A stretch of DNA of 64,000 nucleotides, from assembly GCA_964016885.1 (NCBI GenBank), contig OZ024749.1, forward strand, positions 30,008,001 through 30,072,000, given 5' to 3'. Each line of letters begins with the position of its first letter. The stretch's first letter is position 1. This document shows positions 55,130 to 64,000 of this stretch, in pieces. Source of the DNA: Eledone cirrhosa (lineage: Eukaryota). A program made the translations under genes and the position numbers. Under the pieces are notes generated by a model, which was not told the origin of the DNA, made no database searches, and worked only from the letters and a program-made list of their open reading frames with translations.

Positions 55130-57210
55130 AGCATTAAAAGGACCAGCATTAAAACGACTAGTGTAAAAAGGACCAGCATTTAAAGGACCAACGTCAAAAG
55201 GATCAGCGTTAAAAATACCAGCATTTAAAAGGACCAGCATTAATAGTATCAGCGTTAAAATGACCAGTGTTAAAAGGACCAGTGTTAAAATGACCAGTGT
55301 TAAAATGACTAGTGTTAAAATGACCAGTGTTAAAATGACCAGTGTTAAAAGTATCAGTGTTAAAATGACCAGCGTTAAAAGGACCAGTGTTAAAATGCCC
55401 AGTGTTAAAAAGACCATTGTTAAAATGACCAGTGTTAATAGGACCAGTGTTAAAAGGACCAGTGTTAAAAGAACCAGTGTTAAAATGACCAGTGTTAAAA
55501 TGACCAGTGTTAAAATGACTAGTGTTAAAATGACCAGTGTTAAAATGACTAGTGTTAAAATGACCAGTGTTAAAAGGATCAGTGTTAAAAGGATCAGTGT
55601 TAAAATGACCAGTGTTAATAGGACCAGTGTTAAAAGGACCAGTGTTAAAATGACCAGTGTTAAAATGACCAGTGTTAAAATGACCAGTGTTAAAATGACT
55701 AGTATTAAAATGACCAGTGTTAAAATGACCAGTGTTAAAAGGATCAGTGTTAAAATGACCAGTGTTAATTGGACCAGTGTTAAAAGGACCAGTGTTAAAA
55801 AAACCAGTGTTAAAATGACCAGTGTTAAAATGACCAGTGTTAAACTGAACCAGTGTTAAAATGACCAGTGTTAAAAGGACCAGTGTTAAAATGACCCGTG
55901 TTAAAATGACCAGTGTTAAAATGACCAGCGTTGAAAGAACTGCATTAAAAGGACCAGTGTTAAAATGACCAGTGTTAAAATGCCCAGTGTTAAAATGACC
56001 AGTGTTAAAATGACTAGTGTTAAAATGACCAGTGTTAAAATGACTAGTGTTAAAATGACCAGTGTTAAAAGGATCAGTGTTAAAAGGATCAGTGTTAAAA
56101 TGACCAGTGTTAATAGGACCAGTGTTAAAAGGACCAGTGTTAAAATGACCAGTGTTAAAATGACCAGTGTTAAAATGACCAGTGTTAAAATGACTAGTAT
56201 TAAAATGACCAGTGTTAAAATGACCAGTGTTAAAAGGATCAGTGTTAAAATGACCAGTGTTAATAGGACCAGTGTTAAAAGGACCAGTGTTAAAAGAACC
56301 AGTGTTAAAATGACCAGTGTTAAAATGACCAGTGTTAAACTGAACCAGTGTTAAAATGACCAGTGTTAAAAGGACCAGTGTTAAAATGACCAGTGTTAAA
56401 AGAACCAGTGTTAAAATGACCAGTGTTAAAAGGACCAGTGTTAAAAGAACCATTGTTAAAATGACCAGTGTTAAAAGGACCAGTGTTAAAATGACCCGTG
56501 TTAAAATGACCAGTGTTAAAATGACCAGCGTTGAAAGAACTGCATTAAAAGGACCAGTGTTAAAATGACCAGTGTTAAAATGCCCAGTGTTAAAAGGACC
56601 AGTGTTAAAAGAACCAGTGTTAAAATGACCAGTGTTAAAATGACCAGCGTTGAAAGAACTGCATTAAAAGGACCAGTGTTAAAATGACCAGTGTTAAAAT
56701 GCCCAGTGTTAAAAGGACCAGTGTTAAAATGACCAGTATTAAAAGGACCAGTGTTAAAAGGACCAGTGTTAAAATGCCCAGTGTTAATAGGACCAGTGTT
56801 AAAATGACCAGTGTTAAAATGCCCAGTGTTAAAAGGACCAGTGTTAAAATGACCAGTGTTAAAAGGACCAGTGTTAAAATGACCAGTGTTAAAATGACCA
56901 GCGTTGAAAGAACTGCATTAAAAGGACCAGTGTTAAAATGACCAGTGTTAAAAGGACCAGTGTTAAAATGACCAGTGTTAAAATGACCAGCGTTGAAAGA
57001 ACCAGCGTTTAAAAAACCAGTTTTTAAATGACCACTGTTAAAATGACCACTGTTAAAAGGATCAGTGTTAAAAGAACCAGTGTTAAAAGGATCACTGTTA
57101 AAATGACCTGCGTTGAAAGAACCAGCGTTTAAACGACCAGCGTTAAAAGAAACTGCATTAAAAGGACCAGTGTTAAAATGACCAACATTAAAAGAAACTG
57201 CATTAAAAGT
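55130..57210. repeat. 15-bp intronic minisatellite (accagtgttaaaatg)n
   Basis: More than 100 directly visible units with degenerate edges. Confidence 0.95.
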
Positions 57211-57464
57211 AACAGATGTCTTAAATGAAACAGAGGCATTAAAAGAAACACGTGTGAAAATTAACAGAAATGTTAAGCTAAACAAAAGTGATAAAAATAT
57301 AGAAGCATAGAAGCATTAAATGAAACAAGCATTACGTTAAACAAATGTAAAACAAAACAAACATTAAACGAAATAGAAACGTTAGAAGAAGAATATGTTG
57401 TTATATTTCAAGTTATAAATTTCAGACAGATAATATATTTAGGCCATGTTAAGTACTTGTGTTA

Positions 57465-57860
57465 TATGGTCTTGACTGTGTTAATTGAAAAGGTCACTTC
57501 AGAAGCCTCTACATTCCAGAACCACATCATGAGACTTATGATTGGCAAGCGGCTCAGCGACATTATCTGTATCAGTGAGGTGCTCAACATTACCAAACTT
57601 AGATCAATTACATCAATTATCAAGTCAAGAGTACTCAAACTATATGGCCATATAAAAAGATCAACTCGTGGTATGAGTAGGTTATGCATGGAAGGAAGGT
57701 TGGCTGGTAAGAGAAGCAGAGGCCGGCAGCCAAAATGATGGCAGTCAACTTATGGACTGGACTTGATCTTTGCTCTTCGAACTCTACTGCTAGTGATAAA
57801 ACTTTGTGGAGAGAGATATATCATGTTAATGCGCAGTCTACAACTGGCGAAGTTTAGCGT
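57465..57860 (+). mobile_element. RTE-like LINE 3' fragment
   Basis: IIKSRVLKLYGHIKR...MEGRLAGKRSRGRQP. Confidence 0.7.
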
Positions 57861-59554
57861 CACAAGAGAAAGAAAAAAATTAGTATTAGTTAGAGAACTT
57901 TCAAGATACTACTATTGATTGGTTAGAATGAACTAATAGATAATTATTTCGGAATGATTAGGGATTACAAACCTGTTAGGAAAAGAGGAGAATAATTTTT
58001 ACAGCGTCTATATGAAATTCGAAATACTAACAAGTGTGGATAATCCCCACTAAATTCCTTTAAACAGGAATATATAATAGCCAGGAATTATTGTGCATCA
58101 TGAAGATAATTTAAGCAAAAGTTATCATTTCGAATTTGTTGATTTATTTGCATGTGCAAACTAAAGCTGGATTAAGCTGGATAGAATTGGTAAATGTAAT
58201 TACATAAATTAATGCAAATGACTGTTAAGCTTGGCAGGACCTCCGGAAACCCAGTGTTTCGTTCTTGTTTGATGCTAAGATTAATCTTATAATCCTTCAC
58301 TAATGATCATGTGCATATTGACGAATACTACACAAAATTAGGTCACATTAAGCCATGATGAATAAAATTAATCACATTAAAACACATGAGTTAAACTTGA
58401 ACTTACAGACTAAGTATGGTATGTTATGGTTCCATAACTTCTAATGGAGTCGTATGAGTGCCATATTGACATACAGTGTTTCTTTGGCAATTTGTTTAAT
58501 TCTGACAGCGCCCAACCATCTGCAGGCCTGAGTATAGCAAATATTTCTTCCAGAGAAGTATTCAATGTGAGAGAGAGAAATTGAGAAAGGGATATAGAGG
58601 ATGAAATGCTCCCAGTACCAAACTGGTACTTTTTTTATCGACCTCAAAGGGATGAAAAGTAAAGGACCAGACCGAATACCACAAAACATCTTTCAGCCAA
58701 CCCTCGTAATTTTGATTGAACCAGTTAATGATTGATCCTCAGACATTTCAGCCAGTGGTATCATTCTTGATTCCGTGTTAATGCATCTAAACCAGTGTTA
58801 ATACATTGAAGCTTGTGTTAAGATATTCAAGTTATTGTTCATATATTTGAATCACCGATGGCATATTTGAACAGGGTTAACATATGCTGAAATCTTACAA
58901 AAATGCCAATATTGATTTATTACAATACAACGAAATTTTATGAAAAATACTGGATGATGCATGGTCGAAGAGTTAGCTAGTCCGATTTGCAATCAGCAAA
59001 TTCTGGGTTCGATCTGGCAGTGTGGAATCATGGGTAAGTGTTATTTCCAATACCCTCAGGTAAACCAAACACTTGTTGGTGAAATTGGGAACATGGAAAC
59101 TGATTGCAAATCTATCTGGTGGATTGCACTTGTAATTCAATAAACCAGCAATGGCACACAATTTGTAGAACTACGAATCTCATTGAGAATTGTGTTATGG
59201 GTTCACACATAAATGTAAGGATCAACCAGCTAAACTACAGTACAAGATAGGCTGTACATGTTAGTGAAAGGGCAAGCCTTGTCATACAGTGACACTCTGA
59301 ATATTCCTGAGATCTAGTTTATGGATTAACACGTTTATGTAAGGATCAACCAGCTAAACTACAGTACAAGATGCGCTGTATGTACATGGTAGTCAAAGAG
59401 CTAGCCTTGTCATACAATGTAACGCACGGAATCTTCCTGAGAACTAGGTTAAGGGTGCATGGTAAATTCACAAGCAGATTGTTCAGTTGATCAAACAGCT
59501 CGAACAATTTCTGTTGGAACCAACAAAGGTCCATTTGATGTAGAATAATGTTTT

Positions 59555-60120
59555 CTAATTTGGGTACAACGTTAGCAATATTTTGTGGGGGATGGGGAAT
59601 ATTATTTTTATTGGACCCGGATAGTTAAAAAAATCAAAGTTGACATTGGTGGAATTTAAACTCATAACATACAGAACCAGAACACATACTACACCAGTTC
59701 TCTAAGTACACCGTCTATTCCATATAAAAATAATGGTGTCTGAATTAAACAGGAGGCCAAGTCTCCTAGGGGAAGGAGTCGATTAAGTCAACCCCAGTTC
59801 ATTACTGGTACTTTATTCTATTGAGCCCTGTATGATTGAAAGGCAAAGCTAACCTCTGTCAGATTTGAACTCAGAATGTAAAGGCATGTAACTATATGTT
59901 GTAAGACATGTTGTCCGACAATCGGTTGATTACTGCCAATCTTCTGCCTTTAAATTATGGTTTCTGATCTAGACAGAAGGCCAACAATCTTGGAAGGAAG
60001 GAAAAGTAGATTAAATCGACCTCAGAGTGTTACTGGTACTTTATTGGCCCCCTGTAAGGAGGAAAGGAAAAGCTAACTTTGGCGAGATTTGAACTCAGAT
60101 CATAAAGAAATGTAACTATA
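59555..60120 (-). mobile_element. Three degenerate tandem SINE family 2 copies
   Basis: aaaggcaaagctaacc..atttgaactcaga recurs near 59640, 59845 and 60070. Confidence 0.6.
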
Positions 60121-60262
60121 ATGTAAAAATAATAAGTTTCATTCACAAAACACATAAAAGACGGAAGAAGGAAGATGCAAGATACAAGACAAATATGAAA
60201 GGAATATTTCAGAGAAGAAAAACAATTGAGTTCATTAACTCCATCATTTCTTAGAAAATTAC

Positions 60263-60357
60263 CTGCATTTTCGTTTTGTCATCTTCGACGGATGCTTTCT
60301 TTTGGTCCTTCTTGCGGAACTTTGCCATTTTAAAATTGGTTTGTTTGGAAGAACTTT
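60263..60357 (-). CDS. GPCR penultimate coding exon (intracellular loop 3)
   Basis: tttcag|AA AGT TCT...ATG CAG|gtaatt, 95 nt, SSSKQTNFKMAKFRKKDQKKASVEDDKTKMQ. Its phase-0 donor joins in frame to VLKML of the last exon. Upstream exons were not found in the window. Confidence 0.8.
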
Positions 60358-60471
60358 CTGAAAGACTTGTCATGATAGAATACAAAAATAATAGAAATTT
60401 GATATAAAACACGCAAACTATATATATACACAAACACATACACACTCATATATTTATTTATATTTATTACA

Positions 60472-60505
<34 letters not shown>

Positions 60506-60801
60506 ATATATATATACAGTCCATTTTGCATTGTTTATTCTTCTATCTTTCCATGTTATATATTATATATTATGTATATATATATGTAACATGGAAAGAT
60601 AGAAGAATAAACAATGCAAAATGGACTGTATATATATGTATGAGTATAAGAGTGTGTGTGTGTGTGTATATATATATATTGTAATAAATATAAATAAATA
60701 CAAATAAATATATGAGTGTGTATGTATATGTGTGTATATATAGTTTGTGTCTTATATATATTATATATTATGTATATATATATATATAATATATATATAA
60801 T

Positions 60802-60963
<162 letters not shown>

Positions 60964-61097
60964 TAAATATATATAGTATATATATATATATATATATATA
61001 AGTCTAAAGTCTGTGTTAAGCCAGAAGGCTCATTTGGCCGGTTCTTATCCCGGTTTCATGGCATGATGCGACTGAGAGTTCAAGACTCCTACAAGGC

Positions 61098-61570
61098 CGG
61101 TTATATGATGCCTGTGTGAGGTGGGCGATGGTTCATAGTAGTGAGACATGGGCAGCAACTGCAGAGGATATGCGACGGCTGAAGAGAAATGAGGGAAGCA
61201 TGCTCCGTTGGATGTGCAATGTCAATGTGCGTGAACGGCCGAGCATGGATGTGTTGAGAGAGAAACTGGGTATAAGAGGGATAAGTTGTGGTGTGTAGGA
61301 GAGAAGGCCGAGATGATATGGACATGTGATGCGCATGGAGGATGACCGCTGGATAAAGAAGTGCCAAGAAATTCCAGTTGAAGGAATACGTAGTAGAGGA
61401 AGACCACAAGACCACGAAAAAGATGGGCGGAGGTGGTGAGAGCAGAACTCAGATCGCTGAAGCTCATGGTGGAAATGACGAAGGACCGTGACAAGTGGAG
61501 AGATGCTGTGCTGACGGAGGGAAAAGTGGACGTATGATGATGCTGCTGCTGCTGCTGCTGATGATGATGA
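61098..61570 (+). mobile_element. RTE LINE 3' fragment with (GAT/GCT)n tail
   Basis: LYDACVR..MVHSSETWA..RRLKRNEGSMLRWMC..LREKLGI..YGHVMRM..VEG.RSRGRP, with stops. Confidence 0.8.
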
Positions 61571-61715
61571 TAGTAATAATAATAGTAATAATAAATGTAA
61601 AGACTGAAATCTGGAGAGGGCTCGATAAGGATTATATATATATACTATATATATAAAACCGTAGAGCAAATATTTATTATAAGAACAGATTAATTCTTCG
61701 CTTAGAATTTAATCT

Positions 61716-61754
<39 letters not shown>

Positions 61755-61876
61755 CTTTGGGAGGGGCCAATAAACACACAAGCACCTTTTGGTTTTTACT
61801 TCAATTTATTATAAATTTCCAGTTGGTTGATTCGATAACTAAATGGTTATATATACTGTCACAAAATAAAAACGTA

Positions 61877-61909
61877 GTCACTGAGGAGGTCACAAGAAAG
61901 CGCTTTGAC
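61877..61909 (+). ncRNA. Minimal hammerhead remnant (stem II collapsed)
   Basis: gtca-CTGAGGA-ggtcacaa-GAAA-GCGC-TT-tgac. Confidence 0.5.
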
Positions 61910-62714
61910 AATATATAAATAACCATCTGGTTATCAAACCAAACAACCACCCAACCGGAAATTTATAATAAATTGAAGTGAAACCCAACAGGTGCATGTG
62001 TTTTTATTGACAGCGTGACTCTCCCAAAATATAACAATATCTGTTTTAAAACATGTTTTCAGATAAGAAATCTTGCAAAACGAATTCAAAAACGAAGTAC
62101 GTGTATATGTATATATATTTATATATGTATGCATGTGTATATGTGCGTATATATGAGAATGTATATGAGATTGAGTATGCATGTGTGTACATTAGAATAT
62201 TGTTTGTGAGTATATGTTTACGAGTGAGAGTGTGTGTGTATGAGTTACGCGTAAACATATTAATTTTATTATGTTTATTCAAGAGCTGTGTCATTTCTTT
62301 TTAAAACACTATTTTATATTTTTTTCATCTTATTCTCAAATCTTATTGAAATATGGAAGCCAAACAGCAACAGTATTGCATCAGAAATAATCCAGTATAT
62401 TTTAGATAAAATCAGCCATAATTTATCATCTCATATAAAATATCCCCACCTTCCTGAAAGAGATAACAATGTGATTTGTTTATCATTAGCTTTACAATAC
62501 ACAATATCATCATCATCATTATCATCATCATCGTTTAATGTCTGTTTTCCACGCTAGTATGGGTTAGACGGTTTGTCCTGTTTGAGGCAAGTTGGGTCAG
62601 GTGACCATGTCTTGTTCATACAGAACTGTTTCTGGTTTGGTTTCTATGCCTAGATGCCCTTCCCAAAGCCAATCACATTTAGAGTGTGTGCTGTTGTGAC
62701 AGTTACATGACAAC

Positions 62715-64000
62715 CTTACAGTGTGGAATGGGTGCTTTTTCTCGTTTCACCTACACAACCACATTACAGTGTGGAATGGGTGCTTTTTCTCGTTTCACCT
62801 ACACGACTACATTACAGTGTGGAATGGGTGCTTTTTCTCGTTTCACCTACACGACCACATTACAGTGTGGAATGGGTGCTTTTTCTCGTTTCACCTACAC
62901 GACCACATTACAATGTGGAATGGGTGCTTTTTCTCGTTTCACCTACACGATCACATTACAGTGTGGAATGGGTGCTTTTTCTCGTTTCACCTAAACAACC
63001 ACATTACAATGTGGAATGGGTGCTTTTTCTCGTTTCACCTACACGACCACATTACAGTATGGAATGGGTGATTTTTCTCGTTTCACCTACACGACCACAT
63101 TACAGTGTGGAATGGGTGCTTTTTCTCGTTTCACCTACACGACCACATTACAATGTGGAATGGGTGCTTTTTCTCGTGTCACCTACACGACCACATTACA
63201 GTGTGGAATGGGTGCTTTTTCTCGTTTCACCTACACGACCACATTACAATGTGGAATGGGTGCTTTTTCTCGTTTCACCTACACGACCACATTACAGTGT
63301 GGAATGGGTGCTTTTTCTCGTTTCACCTACACGACCACATTACAATGTGGAATGGGTGCTTTTTCTCGTTTCACCTACACGACCACATTACAGTGTGGAA
63401 TGGGTGCTTTTTCTCGTTTCACCTACACGACCACATTACAATGTGGAATGGGTGCTTTTTCTAGTTTCACCTACACGACCACATTACAGTATGGAATGGG
63501 TGATTTTTCTCGTTTCACCTACATTACAATGTGGAATGGGTGCTTTTTCTCGTTTCACCTACACGACCACATTACAGTGTGGAATGGGTGCTTTTTCTCG
63601 TTTCACCTACACGACCACGTTACAGTATGGAATGGGTGCTTTTTCTCGTTTCACCTACACAACCACATTACAGTGTGGAATGGGTGCTTTTTCTCGTTTC
63701 ACCTACACGACCACATTAGAGTGTGGAATGGGTGATTTTTCTCGTTTCACCTACACGACCACATTACAATGTGGAATGGGTGCTTTTTCTCGTTTCACCT
63801 ACACAACCACATTACAGTGTGGAATGGGTGCTTTTTCTCGTTTCACCTACACGACCACATTACAATGTGGAATGGGTGCTTTTTCTCGTTTCACCTACAC
63901 GACCACATTACAGTATGGAATGGGTGATTTTTCTCGTTTCACCTACACGACCACATTACAGTGTGGAATGGGTGCTTTTTCTCGTTTCACCTACACGACC
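62715..64000. repeat. 48-bp minisatellite, about 27 units, runs off the window end
   Basis: acattacagtgtggaatgggtgctttttctcgtttcacctacacgacc units. Confidence 0.95.

Noticed and set aside
55209-56453. 414-aa ORF (FNTGH repeats) and antisense MTSVK ORFs
   Set aside because: They arise from a 15-bp minisatellite open in several frames on both strands, inside a GPCR intron.
62686-63735. ORFs of 16-aa repeats
   Set aside because: Translation of a SINE-derived 48-bp VNTR.

Overview
AT-rich, microsatellite-saturated animal genomic DNA. The SINE types and extreme (TA)n/(CA)n load suggest a coleoid cephalopod such as Octopus (inference). Only one host gene is supported: the last two coding exons of a minus-strand class A neuropeptide-type GPCR (60357-60263, 54458-54027). 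The rest is repeat-derived: a young, internally deleted Ty3/Gypsy LTR element (14755-18561), RTE- and RLE-type LINE remnants, two tRNA-SINE families, a (TATG)n-associated element and several minisatellites. The main hidden signal is RNA structure. By eye I find about 26 type I hammerhead ribozyme (HHR) motifs (stem I-CUGANGA-stem II-GAAA-stem III-UH-stem I') in about 14 sequence families. Most sit in short (TA)n-flanked cassettes, often as local inverted pairs typical of Penelope-like element termini. A 310-bp tandem array (11278-12362) has one HHR per highly structured monomer and looks like a non-LTR retrozyme that could yield circular RNA. All folds were read manually and none was computed. 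Most ORFs in the supplied track are microsatellite artefacts.
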